A stretch of DNA of 64,000 nt from a bacterium. GTDB lineage: Bacteria > Patescibacteriota > Dojkabacteria > JAKAPS01 > JAJZLI01. The DNA is taken from contig JAJYFR010000001.1 in the NCBI GenBank assembly GCA_021785355.1, positions 135,096-199,095 on the forward strand, given 5' to 3'. Below, in pieces: positions 28,877 through 38,994 of this stretch. Both the position numbers and the translations under genes were made by a program. The notes below the pieces were generated by a model. The model searched no databases and had not been told where the DNA came from. It saw nothing but the letters and a program-made list of their open reading frames with translations. Numbering within the stretch: position 1 is the first letter of the stretch; each line of letters opens with the position of its first letter.

Positions 28877-30802
28877 TTAAATATCTATTTCTGCATTTTT
28901 TGCATTTAATTGTATAAATTTCTTTCTTGGAGGAACTTCACTTCCCATAAGCATTTCAAATGTTTTATCTGCTTCCTCTACATCTTCTATTTTTATTTGT
29001 TTCAAAACTCGAGTTTTAGGATTCATAGTAGTTTCCCATAATTGCTCTGAATTCATTTCTCCTAAACCCTTATATCTTTGTATAGATGTAACTTTCATAT
29101 TATCCTTCTCAAAACCTTTGAGCATTGAATCTAATACACTATCATCTAAAGCCCAGTTCTCCTTACTACTTCCTTGTGTAGTAACTTTATATAAAGGAGG
29201 TTGAGCTATATATACATAACCTCTTTCAATTATCTCTTTTAGATGTCTGTATAGAAAAGTTAAAAGAAGTGTTGCTATATGTTCTCCATCAACATCAGCA
29301 TCTGCCATTATAATAATTTTTTTATATCTTATTTTATCTATATTTGTATTATCTGCAATTCCTGTTCCCAGCGCTATTATAAAATCTTTTAATCTTTCAT
29401 TTTCCAATACTTTATCTATTCTATATTTTTCACTATTTATTGGTTTTCCTGTCATAGGTAGTATTGCTTGAGTTTTTCTATCTCTTGCTTGCTTTGAACT
29501 TCCTGCAGCACTATCTCCTTCTACTATAAAGAGCTCTGAATTATCAGGATTTCTCTCTGAACAATCAGCTAATTTTCCTGGTAAAGTTCCTCCTTCAAAA
29601 GCACTTTTTCTTATTACAGCTTCTCTTGCAGCTTTTGCAGCTTTTCTTGCTTTTGCAGCTATTAATACTTTTTCTATGATGTTTTTAGCATCTTTTGGGT
29701 TTTCTTGTAAATATATTTCTAATTCTGAAGATACAATATTTCTTGTTATTGTCTGTATTTCAGAATTATTTAATTTCATTTTTGTTTGTCCTTCAAATTG
29801 AGGGTTTTCAAGTTTTACTGATATAACAGCAGTAAGACCTTCTCTTACATCGTCTCCTGTAAGTAAATCTTTATTATCTTTAATAATATTAGATTTTTTT
29901 GCATAATCATTAATCGTTTTTGTTAAAGCCATTTTGAATCCTGTTATATGAGTACCACCTTCTGGGTTATAAATATTATTCGCAAAAGACATTAAATTAT
30001 CGGAAATTTCCGTAGTATATTGCATTGCAACTTCTATTAAAGATGTATCAGCTTCTTTTTTTATATGAATTATTTCTGTTATATGTTTTTTATCTTTATT
30101 AAGAGTTCTTACATAAGATTTAGCTCCTCCTTCAAAATAAATGTAATAAGGTACTCTGAACTGGTCATCTCTTTCATCTTGAAAAGTAAATAATATATTT
30201 CCTGTAAGATAAGCTTGTTCTCTTATTCTTCTTAATAATTGTTTACTATTAATTTCTACGTCTGAGAATATAGATTTATCTGGAACAAAAGTTTGTATTG
30301 TTCCGTGTTCTTTAGAAATTTTATTATCTTGACTTTTTAGTGCATATAATGGTTTTCCTGCATTATATTCTTGAACAAAACTTTCTCCTTTAATGAAGGA
30401 TTCAGTCCTCATGTATTCACTTAAGGCGTTTGTACAAGATACCCCTACTCCATGTAATCCTCCACTTATCTTATATCCACCCTTAGCTCCAAATTTACCT
30501 CCTGCATGTAGTACTGTCATTACAGTTTCTAATGTAGATTTTTTTGTTTGAGGATGTATACCTACAGGAATACCTCTTCCATTATCCTCTACCTGAATAG
30601 AACCATCTTCTGTTATTTTTATATTTATCTTGTCACAGAACCCAGCTAAAGCTTCATCTATAGCATTATCTATTACTTCATAAATAATTTGATATACTCC
30701 ATTAATACTAGTGGAACCTATGTACATAGAAGGTCTTTTTCTAACAGCCTCTAAACCCTCTAATACAACTATTGAATTTTCATCGTAATTATTATTATCC
30801 AT
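28877..30802 (-). CDS. gyrB: DNA gyrase subunit B
   Basis: GHKL ATPase motifs (HAGGKFGAKGGYKISGGLHGVG), TOPRIM EGDSAAG, PLKGK..N region, 641 aa. Confidence 0.95.
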   Translation of the reverse strand: MDNNNYDENSIVVLEGLEAVRKRPSMYIGSTSINGVYQIIYEVIDNAIDEALAGFCDKINIKITEDGSIQVEDNGRGIPVGIHPQTKKSTLETVMTVLHAGGKFGAKGGYKISGGLHGVGVSCTNALSEYMRTESFIKGESFVQEYNAGKPLYALKSQDNKISKEHGTIQTFVPDKSIFSDVEINSKQLLRRIREQAYLTGNILFTFQDERDDQFRVPYYIYFEGGAKSYVRTLNKDKKHITEIIHIKKEADTSLIEVAMQYTTEISDNLMSFANNIYNPEGGTHITGFKMALTKTINDYAKKSNIIKDNKDLLTGDDVREGLTAVISVKLENPQFEGQTKMKLNNSEIQTITRNIVSSELEIYLQENPKDAKNIIEKVLIAAKARKAAKAAREAVIRKSAFEGGTLPGKLADCSERNPDNSELFIVEGDSAAGSSKQARDRKTQAILPMTGKPINSEKYRIDKVLENERLKDFIIALGTGIADNTNIDKIRYKKIIIMADADVDGEHIATLLLTFLYRHLKEIIERGYVYIAQPPLYKVTTQGSSKENWALDDSVLDSMLKGFEKDNMKVTSIQRYKGLGEMNSEQLWETTMNPKTRVLKQIKIEDVEEADKTFEMLMGSEVPPRKKFIQLNAKNAEIDI

Positions 30803-30804
30803 AT

Positions 30805-31401
30805 TTATAAATTCAGAGATATATCAGTGAGTATTAATTTTTTTTGAACATTATTATTGATAGCTTTTTGAATGTCATTTATCTTTATTATCTTATCACT
30901 TAAATCACTAATCTCTTTATAGTTTTCCATTATATACGAAAAAAGATTTATTATAAAGTCTTCTTCATCTTCTACATTTATAATAAATTCTAATCTATCT
31001 TCAATTCTCATTTTTAGAAAACTTTTGATATCATATTTATTTTCTATTATATTATTATCTTTTATTAATATACATCTAGATTTTATAGTATCAAGTAATC
31101 TGTTGGAATTTTTTATAGCAAGAATCATAGTCGTGTCTTGATTGGTTTCCTCTAGTAATTTTAACATAGAGTTTTGAGCCTCAGATGTAATAGAATTTAT
31201 TTTTAGTAAAACAACTCTCTTATCTCCTGTAAATGACTTATATTTTAATTTATTTTTTATTTCAGAAATATCTTTTGTGAGAATTTTACCTTCAATATAT
31301 ATAAAATCAGGCTGAAATTTATTTTTTAAGTCAATAAATTTTTTAGTAAAATTTAGAATATCTTCTTCATTATTACTTTCATATATATAACTTTGTGCCA
31401 T
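30805..31401 (-). CDS. holB: DNA polymerase III delta-prime (HolB)-like clamp-loader subunit, short form without a P-loop
   Basis: Conserved ...AQNSMLKLLEETNQDTTMILAI...LLDTIKSRC (NALLKtLEEP...TI.SRC pattern). No GxxGxGK. Confidence 0.5.
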   Translation of the reverse strand: MAQSYIYESNNEEDILNFTKKFIDLKNKFQPDFIYIEGKILTKDISEIKNKLKYKSFTGDKRVVLLKINSITSEAQNSMLKLLEETNQDTTMILAIKNSNRLLDTIKSRCILIKDNNIIENKYDIKSFLKMRIEDRLEFIINVEDEEDFIINLFSYIMENYKEISDLSDKIIKINDIQKAINNNVQKKLILTDISLNL

Positions 31402-31449
31402 GATTGGATTCTATCATAAATCTAAGACCTTTAAAATTATCATATATTA

Positions 31450-33201
31450 TTGTATAAAAGATATATGGATATATTAGATATATTAATATCTCAAAATAAA
31501 ATTTCTCAAGAACAAGGAAATCAGCTAAGAATTCAATCAATTAGTCAAAATATTAATATTGATGCTCTTATAAAGCAATCTGGACTTGTTCCTCAGAAAG
31601 ATTATTATATAGCTCAATCTGTTATGTATAATGTTCCTTTTAAAGATTTAGATGGAATTAGTACTATTCCAAGAGATATATTTAATTCAATTGATCAAAG
31701 AGAACTCTCTTCTAATAGTATACTACCTTTTGCGAAGGAGAGTGACGGTAGTATAGATCTTGCAATGAAGAATCCTTTGGATATTCAATTGATTCAATAT
31801 TTAGAAAATAAATATAATATAAAGATAAAACCTTTCTATTCTATTGCAGATGAGATCATTTCTATAATAAATGCTGAATCTTCTAAGCAGATAGAAAGTA
31901 ATGTTGTTGAAGATGTAGAAGCTGCAAATGTAGATTTTAATACAGAAGATATTACAGGAAATATTACAGATATCTCAGGAGAGATAGATGGTTCAATAGA
32001 AAATGCACCAATAGTAAAGATTCTTAATACCGTACTTGAATATTCTGTAAAATATAGAGCTTCAGATCTACATATAGAGCCCACAAAAAAATCTTTAAGA
32101 TTTAGATTAAGAATAGATGGACTTTTATATGAAAAACTTAATATACCAGTTAATCTCTCTCCAGCAATAATATCTAGAGTAAAGATTCTTTCAAATCTTA
32201 AAATAGAAGAAAAAAGATTACCTCAAGATGGAAGGTTTAATATAAAAGTGGGAAAAGAACTTATAGATTTAAGAGTCTCTTCTCTACCTACGGTTTATGG
32301 AGAGAAAATAGTGATTCGTTTTTTAAGAAAAAATGAATCAGTTTCAAATTTAGAAAATATTGGAATAGTAGGAGATGCATTTGAAGAATATAAAAAAGCA
32401 TTAAAACTTACAAGGGGTATAATTTTAATTACAGGACCAACAGGTTCAGGAAAAACTCAAACATTAGCAGCATCTTTATCATATATTAATAATCCAGTTG
32501 TAAATATTGTCACATTAGAAGATCCTGTAGAAATTGAAATAGATGGAGTTAATCAAGTTCAAATAAATCCAGATGCAGGATTAGATTTTGCAACAGGTTT
32601 AAGAGCTTTCTTAAGACAAGACCCAAATATAATAATGGTAGGAGAGGTTAGAGATGAAGAGACTGCAAGACTTGCAACTCAATCAGCTTTAACAGGACAT
32701 TTAGTCTTATCAACTATACATACAACTTCCGCAGCAGGAGCACTTCCTCGATTAATTGATATGGGCATAGAGGTATTTTTAATATCTTCTACAGTTGAAG
32801 TTATTGTTGCTCAAAGATTAGTTAGAAGAATATGTGATAGTTGTAAAAAAGATTATGTTCCTGAAGATTCTGTTATAAAGGATATTAAAAATATTTTCGA
32901 AAATACAAAGATAGATATATCTAAGTATTTAGAGAAAGATTCTTTACATATTGCAAAAGGAGAGGGATGTAATAAATGTAATAATACTGGGTATTTAGGT
33001 AGAATTGGTATATTTGAAGTATTGGTTGTCAATGAAGAGATAAGAAAATTAATATTAGAAAAGTCTTCAAGTGATCAAATCAATGATGTTGCATTGAAAT
33101 CAGGCATGGTATCGCTTATTCAAGATGGATATTTGAAAGTTTTAGATAAAATTACTACTATAGAAGAAGTATATAGAGTTGCAAAAGAAGATGTAGAATA
33201 A
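31450..33201 (+). CDS. pilB: type IV pilus assembly ATPase PilB (GspE family)
   Basis: N-terminal GSPII_E_N-like domain. Walker A GPTGSGKTQTLAASL, Asp box, Walker B IIMVGEVRD. C-terminal tetracysteine CDSC...CNKC. Confidence 0.92.
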   Translation: MYKRYMDILDILISQNKISQEQGNQLRIQSISQNINIDALIKQSGLVPQKDYYIAQSVMYNVPFKDLDGISTIPRDIFNSIDQRELSSNSILPFAKESDGSIDLAMKNPLDIQLIQYLENKYNIKIKPFYSIADEIISIINAESSKQIESNVVEDVEAANVDFNTEDITGNITDISGEIDGSIENAPIVKILNTVLEYSVKYRASDLHIEPTKKSLRFRLRIDGLLYEKLNIPVNLSPAIISRVKILSNLKIEEKRLPQDGRFNIKVGKELIDLRVSSLPTVYGEKIVIRFLRKNESVSNLENIGIVGDAFEEYKKALKLTRGIILITGPTGSGKTQTLAASLSYINNPVVNIVTLEDPVEIEIDGVNQVQINPDAGLDFATGLRAFLRQDPNIIMVGEVRDEETARLATQSALTGHLVLSTIHTTSAAGALPRLIDMGIEVFLISSTVEVIVAQRLVRRICDSCKKDYVPEDSVIKDIKNIFENTKIDISKYLEKDSLHIAKGEGCNKCNNTGYLGRIGIFEVLVVNEEIRKLILEKSSSDQINDVALKSGMVSLIQDGYLKVLDKITTIEEVYRVAKEDVE

Positions 33202-33203
33202 TT

Positions 33204-34262
33204 ATGAATATAGAAGATTTATTAAAATATACAATACAACACAATGCATCAGATTTACATCTTTCTGTGGGATACCCTCCTATTATAAGAGTTGATGGAT
33301 TATTACAAAATGTAAATAATGTTGTAATTGAAGAAGATAGTATAGAAATACTTTTAAATTCGATTCTTTCAGATTCACAAAAAGAATTTCTAGAAGTTAA
33401 TAAAGAAATAGATTTTTCATATGAATATAGAGAGACTAAAGATAGATTTAGAATTAATGTTTTTCATGAAAAAAGTCATCTTGCTGCAGCTTTTAGATTG
33501 ATTCCTTCAGCAATAAGAACTTTTGAGGAATTACAACTTCCAGATGTAATGCATAAATTCACTGCTCTTCCTCAGGGTTTAGTTCTAGTAACAGGTCCAA
33601 CAGGTCATGGAAAGTCAACTACTCTAGCTGCAATGATTCAAGAAATTAATTTAGGCTATGCAAAACACATAGTTACAATTGAGGATCCAATAGAATATGT
33701 TTATCCAAAAGGGAAATCTTTAGTTGATCAAAGAGAAATAGGAGAAGATACTCATTCTTGGGATATATCGTTGCGTAGTGTTTTGAGAGAAGATCCTGAT
33801 GTAGTACTTATAGGAGAAATGAGAGATTTTGAAACTATATCAGCTGCAATAACTATTGCTGAAACTGGTCATTTAGTTTTTGCAACATTGCATACTAATG
33901 GAGCTGTTCAAACAGTAGATAGAATAATAGATGTATTTCCTGAATTACAACAATCTCAAATACGTAGTCAACTTGCAGATATATTAGAAGGAATAATAGC
34001 TCAAAGATTGGTGCCTACAATAGGTGGAGGAAGAAGAGCTGTTTTAGAAGTAATGCTTGCAACTAGTGCTGTTAGGAATATTGTAAGAGAAGGAAAAACT
34101 TATCAGTTAGACAGTGTTATACAGACTAGTGGAGATTTAGGTATGATATCTTTAGAAAGATCATTAGTATCTTTAGTAAGAGAAGGTAAAATAACTATAG
34201 ATGAAGCTCAAAACTATTCATCTAAGCCAGATGAGGTATTAAGATTATTTAGAGGAAGATAA
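33204..34262 (+). CDS. pilT: twitching-motility pilus retraction ATPase PilT
   Basis: GPTGHGKSTTLAAMI Walker A, VLIGEMRD Walker B, AIRNIVREGK (the AIRNLIRE PilT signature). Confidence 0.92.
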   Translation: MNIEDLLKYTIQHNASDLHLSVGYPPIIRVDGLLQNVNNVVIEEDSIEILLNSILSDSQKEFLEVNKEIDFSYEYRETKDRFRINVFHEKSHLAAAFRLIPSAIRTFEELQLPDVMHKFTALPQGLVLVTGPTGHGKSTTLAAMIQEINLGYAKHIVTIEDPIEYVYPKGKSLVDQREIGEDTHSWDISLRSVLREDPDVVLIGEMRDFETISAAITIAETGHLVFATLHTNGAVQTVDRIIDVFPELQQSQIRSQLADILEGIIAQRLVPTIGGGRRAVLEVMLATSAVRNIVREGKTYQLDSVIQTSGDLGMISLERSLVSLVREGKITIDEAQNYSSKPDEVLRLFRGR

Positions 34263-34266
34263 TTTT

Positions 34267-35487
34267 ATGGCAAGTTTTACTTATCAAGCTTCTGATTCTG
34301 AAAATAAAATTGTAACAGGTGTAATAGATGCTGTAGATAAGAATGTTGTTGCAAGAAATCTTATTGATCAAGGTCTTACTCCAATAAGAATAAAAGATAA
34401 AAATTCTCTATCATTTTCTTCTTTAGGAGATTTAAATGCTATTAATATAGGTAAAATTCCAATAAAAGATAGAGTTATTTTTTTTAGACAACTTTCTGTA
34501 CTTATTACTTCAGGTATACCTATTGTTGAAGCAATAAATATATCAGCAAATCAAGTTACCAATAAAGGTTTGCACAATATATTATTAGAAGTTCAAAAAT
34601 CTGTTGAATCAGGAAAAAGTTTATCAGATTCTTTTTCTCCTTATAGTAAATTGTTTAGTAATATTCAAATACAACTTTTAAGAACGGCAGAAGCTTCAGG
34701 TTCTCTAGATTATATTTTAGATAGAATTGCAACTGATGTTGAGAATCAAAGTAGATTACTTTCGAAATTTAAAGGTGCAATGATATATCCTATATTGGTA
34801 GTTCTAGTAGCTATAGCAGTTATAGGATTAGTCCTTACTCAAATGATTCCTCCAATGAAGAATTTATATGAAAGTTTTCATGCAACTCTTCCTTGGCCAA
34901 CGTTATTTGTTATTAATTTAAGCAATTTTTTTATATCTTATTGGATATATATATTGATAGTTTTAATAATAATAATTTTTGTAATTTTTTTATACACAAG
35001 ATCAACTGCAGGTAAAAAAACTATAGATATTCTTATTATTAAGACACCAATTTTAGGGAATTTAATAAAAAAAATACAAATAGTAGATTTTGGGAAGACT
35101 TTTATTTTACTTAATAAAGCTGGAGTTCCTCTAGTACAAGGATTGAATCTTATTGCAGATTCCCTATCCAATACTTTATTCAAGGAAACTTTAAAACAAG
35201 TATCTCAAGAGGTAGAAAAAGGAAGATCATTAGGAGAGGTGATGTCTCAGTATGATATATATCCCCCACTTTTATGGAGAATGATAAGTATTGGAGAAGA
35301 AACGGGAAATATGGAAGGAGTTGTATCGAAAGTTGTAGATTATTTTGAAGAAGAAACAAATAATCTTATAGAAAATTTATCTAAATTATTAGAACCTATT
35401 ATAACTATATTTTTAGGAGTAATAGTTGGATTTATAGGAGTTGCTGTATATTTACCTATCTATACTTTAGGTAATGTTATAAAGTAA
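34267..35487 (+). CDS. pilC: type IV pilus inner-membrane platform protein PilC (GspF family)
   Basis: Two GspF-type repeats, each with a TM block. 406 aa. Follows pilB-pilT. Confidence 0.88.
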   Translation: MASFTYQASDSENKIVTGVIDAVDKNVVARNLIDQGLTPIRIKDKNSLSFSSLGDLNAINIGKIPIKDRVIFFRQLSVLITSGIPIVEAINISANQVTNKGLHNILLEVQKSVESGKSLSDSFSPYSKLFSNIQIQLLRTAEASGSLDYILDRIATDVENQSRLLSKFKGAMIYPILVVLVAIAVIGLVLTQMIPPMKNLYESFHATLPWPTLFVINLSNFFISYWIYILIVLIIIIFVIFLYTRSTAGKKTIDILIIKTPILGNLIKKIQIVDFGKTFILLNKAGVPLVQGLNLIADSLSNTLFKETLKQVSQEVEKGRSLGEVMSQYDIYPPLLWRMISIGEETGNMEGVVSKVVDYFEEETNNLIENLSKLLEPIITIFLGVIVGFIGVAVYLPIYTLGNVIK

Positions 35488-35557
35488 TTTGGGTGTGTAT
35501 TGACAAATAATATAGTCATAGTATTATTAGATTAATAAAATTATTTTTTAAATATTT

Positions 35558-36184
35558 ATGTTAAAAATTAACAGAAAAGGTTTTACATTGGTAGAGTTAC
35601 TTATTGTGATGGCAATAATAGGTATACTTATTGCTGTTGCTATTGTAGGTTTAGGTTCTGCTCAAGCTGATGCTAGAAATAATGCAAGACAAACTTCGGT
35701 TAAGGGTATTGCAGGTTTATTAGAAACTTATTATGGTACAAATGGTCAATCTTATCCTGCTTCGGTAGAAACTACAGGAACTAATCAAGACGTAACTTTT
35801 GTATCTTCAGGAGGAAGTGTATACAGTACAAATTCTAGCTTATGTAAGGCAACTATAGATCCATTAGCTCCTGGAAATATTCCTACATTTAATGGAACTA
35901 GTTGTAATGGTACACAAGTCGCATTTGTCAATGATTCTGGAGGTGGAGGTGCAGGTGTTAGTAATAATACAGGTACTCAATATATTTATGTACCATATGT
36001 TAATGGCCAGTCTGTTGGATTTGGAATTACTCCAACTTCAAGTGTAACAGGTTATCTTGTTGGAGCATGTTTAGAAAATAGTACAATTTTCGTTTATACT
36101 TCAAATGGATCTAATGCTCCATATACACAAGTAAGTCCTAATGTTATTAGGTTTCCAAATGGGAATACTTATACTTGTAATTAA
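35558..36184 (+). CDS. pilA: type IV (major) pilin with prepilin N-terminal cleavage/methylation motif
   Basis: MLKINRKG|FTLVELLIVMAIIGILIAVAIVGL. G-1/F+1/E+5 class III signal peptide, then a hydrophobic alpha1 helix. C-terminal region with Cys pairs. Confidence 0.85.
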   Translation: MLKINRKGFTLVELLIVMAIIGILIAVAIVGLGSAQADARNNARQTSVKGIAGLLETYYGTNGQSYPASVETTGTNQDVTFVSSGGSVYSTNSSLCKATIDPLAPGNIPTFNGTSCNGTQVAFVNDSGGGGAGVSNNTGTQYIYVPYVNGQSVGFGITPTSSVTGYLVGACLENSTIFVYTSNGSNAPYTQVSPNVIRFPNGNTYTCN

Positions 36185-36208
36185 TTATTAGGTTAGGTTT
36201 ATTTAGTA

Positions 36209-37030
36209 TTGTTTTCTATGCTTGAGTTGGTAATTTCGTTATTCTCATTTTTTTTAGGTGCTATTGTTGGTAGTTTTTTAAATGCTTTAGTTTATAGGAT
36301 AAGAAATGGAATAGATTTTGTTTTTGAAAGATCTGAATGTATTTATTGTAAACATAAATTATCCCCTTTAGATCTAGTTCCTATATTTAGTTTTATTTTC
36401 CTTAGAGGAAAGTGTAGATACTGTAAGAAAAATATACATTTAAGATATTTTGTTTTTGAAATTATTACAGGAGTAAGTTTCCTACTTTATTTTTTATATT
36501 TTCCTTTTAGTTATAATACCTCCTCTACTTCATTAGTATATGTGAATATAATATATTATTTAATTTTGATTTGTATATTTTTATATATAGGTTTATATGA
36601 TTATCTATATTACGAGATTTCAGATAAATTAATATTATTTAGTAGTATATTTGTACTGATTTATTTTATATATGGTTGGTTCTCTGGCAGTTTCTCTTTT
36701 TACCAAATTATCGGGAATATCGCTGTAGGTGTGGCTGTATTTATGATATTTTTATTTATAATTCTACTAACGAAGGGTAAAGGTATGGGAGGAGGAGATA
36801 TGAAACTTGTTTTTATGATTGGCTTAATTTTAGGTTATCCTGCAATATTATATGTTCTTTTCTTTTCTTTTCTTATAGGTTCAATTGTAGGAATTCTTTT
36901 AATAATAATTAAAAGTAAAAGTATTAAATCTAGTATACCTTTTGCACCTTTCTTGTCTTTGAGTGTCATATTATATATAATTTTTGGTACATATGTATCT
37001 AATTTTATGACATATATTTTTTTAAGGTGA
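36209..37030 (+). CDS. pilD: prepilin peptidase / N-methyltransferase PilD (A24 family)
   Basis: N-terminal zinc-binding CIYC...CRYC tetracysteine, multiple TM helices, GMGGGDMKL catalytic Asp region. Confidence 0.88.
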   Translation: MFSMLELVISLFSFFLGAIVGSFLNALVYRIRNGIDFVFERSECIYCKHKLSPLDLVPIFSFIFLRGKCRYCKKNIHLRYFVFEIITGVSFLLYFLYFPFSYNTSSTSLVYVNIIYYLILICIFLYIGLYDYLYYEISDKLILFSSIFVLIYFIYGWFSGSFSFYQIIGNIAVGVAVFMIFLFIILLTKGKGMGGGDMKLVFMIGLILGYPAILYVLFFSFLIGSIVGILLIIIKSKSIKSSIPFAPFLSLSVILYIIFGTYVSNFMTYIFLR

Positions 37031-37692
37031 ATAATAAAGGTTTCACACTTGTAGAGTTGTTAATAGTGATAGCAATATCGGTATTAATAATAGGGTTAGC
37101 TATAGTTGGTTCAAATTCTACTCAATCTCAAAATATACTTTTCTCTTCTGCGCAAAAATTGGAATCTAATATCCAATTAATGAAAACGGATGCAACTTCA
37201 AGTATTACTCAATTTTCTGGTTTTAATTATAATGATACACCTGAAATTATATATGGGTTTTTTATATTGCCAGCAAATTCAATTACTCAATTTTGTAGTA
37301 ATAATTGTAATGGATATGTTTTAGGAATATTGGTTAATGATGCTCCCCCCTCTACTCCCCCATGTTCTATTCAATATGATTTAAATAATTGTAATACAAT
37401 GTTCTCTTATGTTGGAGGAATAGTGTTGAACTCTATATATTTATATTATCATCAATTTCAGCCAGGGGTAACTATGTCTTTGTGTAATCCTGCTAGTACT
37501 ACTACTTGTAATAATTATTTTCCTTTGTTTCAAGAATTAAATGGAAATATTTCTTTATATAATACAAATTCTCCATTTAATACTTATGCAGGTAATTCTT
37601 CTTGGTATTTATCATATGAAAATTATTATATTCCTGTTAATTTTGATACTCAAGGTAATACATTTAGTTTAGGTAAAATAACTAATGGATAA
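37027..37692 (+). CDS. minor pilin / pseudopilin with class III signal peptide
   Basis: MNNKG|FTLVELLIVIAISVLIIGLAIVG. Confidence 0.75.
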   Translation: MNNKGFTLVELLIVIAISVLIIGLAIVGSNSTQSQNILFSSAQKLESNIQLMKTDATSSITQFSGFNYNDTPEIIYGFFILPANSITQFCSNNCNGYVLGILVNDAPPSTPPCSIQYDLNNCNTMFSYVGGIVLNSIYLYYHQFQPGVTMSLCNPASTTTCNNYFPLFQELNGNISLYNTNSPFNTYAGNSSWYLSYENYYIPVNFDTQGNTFSLGKITNG

Positions 37693-38326
37693 AAAAATTA
37701 TAAACAAAAAAGGATTCTCCTTAATAGAAATACTTATAACTATAATGTTTTTAGGATTTCTTTTTTTAGCTGTACTTGAGTCAGAAGCACTTGCTATAAA
37801 AGGTAATTATCAGAATACATATAATTTATATGCAAAACAAGTAGTATCTCTAGAATTATCTTATGCACATACTTGGTTAGAAGAAGGAAATTATAATTCA
37901 ACTAACAAATTTATTTCTTGTGGAATAAATTTTGGAAATCATTCTACTCCTTCTACTTCTACTCCATCTAATTGTCTTTCAATTGGAAAAATAAATAATG
38001 AAATTAATCAATTTCAATATAGTTCTTACAGTGAAATACCTAATAATGCAGGAATATTCTTATATATTTCACAGCCAACATCTTCTGGTTCTTCTGGATG
38101 TTTGTTGACTGTAAATGCCTATGTATTATGGAATCTATCTGCACCTGGAATACCTTTTAATATACAAGGATATAATTATGGTCAGGCATCTGCTCTTTAT
38201 AGTTATTTTAATAATAATTCAACTGAATTGTATAACTATAGTCATAACTATACAATTCAAAACTTAAATACGTACAATAATTTATTATATGAAACTGATA
38301 ATATAAGTTTACTTTCTTCTTGCTGA
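37685..38326 (+). CDS. minor pilin-like protein with class III signal peptide
   Basis: MDKKIINKKG|FSLIEILITIMFLGFLFLAVL. Confidence 0.7.
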   Translation: MDKKIINKKGFSLIEILITIMFLGFLFLAVLESEALAIKGNYQNTYNLYAKQVVSLELSYAHTWLEEGNYNSTNKFISCGINFGNHSTPSTSTPSNCLSIGKINNEINQFQYSSYSEIPNNAGIFLYISQPTSSGSSGCLLTVNAYVLWNLSAPGIPFNIQGYNYGQASALYSYFNNNSTELYNYSHNYTIQNLNTYNNLLYETDNISLLSSC

Positions 38327-38967
38327 TTATGATTAAATTGTTTAGAAATAAAAAAGGATTTTCATTAATAGAAACTTTAGTTGTTCTAGCAATATTTGCA
38401 TCTTTGTCATATATGATAATGCAGTCTTATACTAGTACTATCACTTATACTACGGGTATTCAAAATGAGATAAAAGTACAAAATGATCTTACATATACAA
38501 TGAGCTCATTAAGAAGAGAGATAAGAGTTGCTGCTTCTGTATCTCCTAATATTAATGTAAATGGATGCTCTTATATGGGTACTTCTATTATAGGTGAGTG
38601 TAATAGTATTGGTCAATTAAGTATATTAGATGCTTCAGGTTCTACTATAGGAAGTATTAGTCTGAGTAGTAGTAATAATCTTAGATACAATGCTTCAGGT
38701 TCTACTACTTCCGTGCCTCTTAATTCTTCTTCTGTTAGTATTAAATCTGTATATTTTTTTTATGATAATTATGATTATACAGGAGCGCCTTCATATTCAG
38801 CGAGTTCATCATACACTTTACCTTATTTAAATATTATTATTATTGGATGCTATACTAGTAGTAATAATTCTTTATCAAATATAGTATTTGCTAATACTAG
38901 TAATAATACTTGTTTACCTCTTTTTGGCTCTGCTACAGAAGAAAATTACATATATAATGGAAGTTGA
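38320..38967 (+). CDS. minor pilin-like protein with class III signal peptide
   Basis: ...FRNKKG|FSLIETLVVLAIFASLSYMIM. Confidence 0.7.
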   Translation: MLIMIKLFRNKKGFSLIETLVVLAIFASLSYMIMQSYTSTITYTTGIQNEIKVQNDLTYTMSSLRREIRVAASVSPNINVNGCSYMGTSIIGECNSIGQLSILDASGSTIGSISLSSSNNLRYNASGSTTSVPLNSSSVSIKSVYFFYDNYDYTGAPSYSASSSYTLPYLNIIIIGCYTSSNNSLSNIVFANTSNNTCLPLFGSATEENYIYNGS

Positions 38968-38994
38968 ATTATTTTATTATATTAGCTATATTAA

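Noticed and set aside
35500-35528. Promoter upstream of the major pilin (TTGACA at 35500-35505)
   Set aside because: A perfect -35 is present, but no acceptable -10 hexamer lies at 16-18 nt spacing (ATTATT/TTATTA only). Too weak to call.
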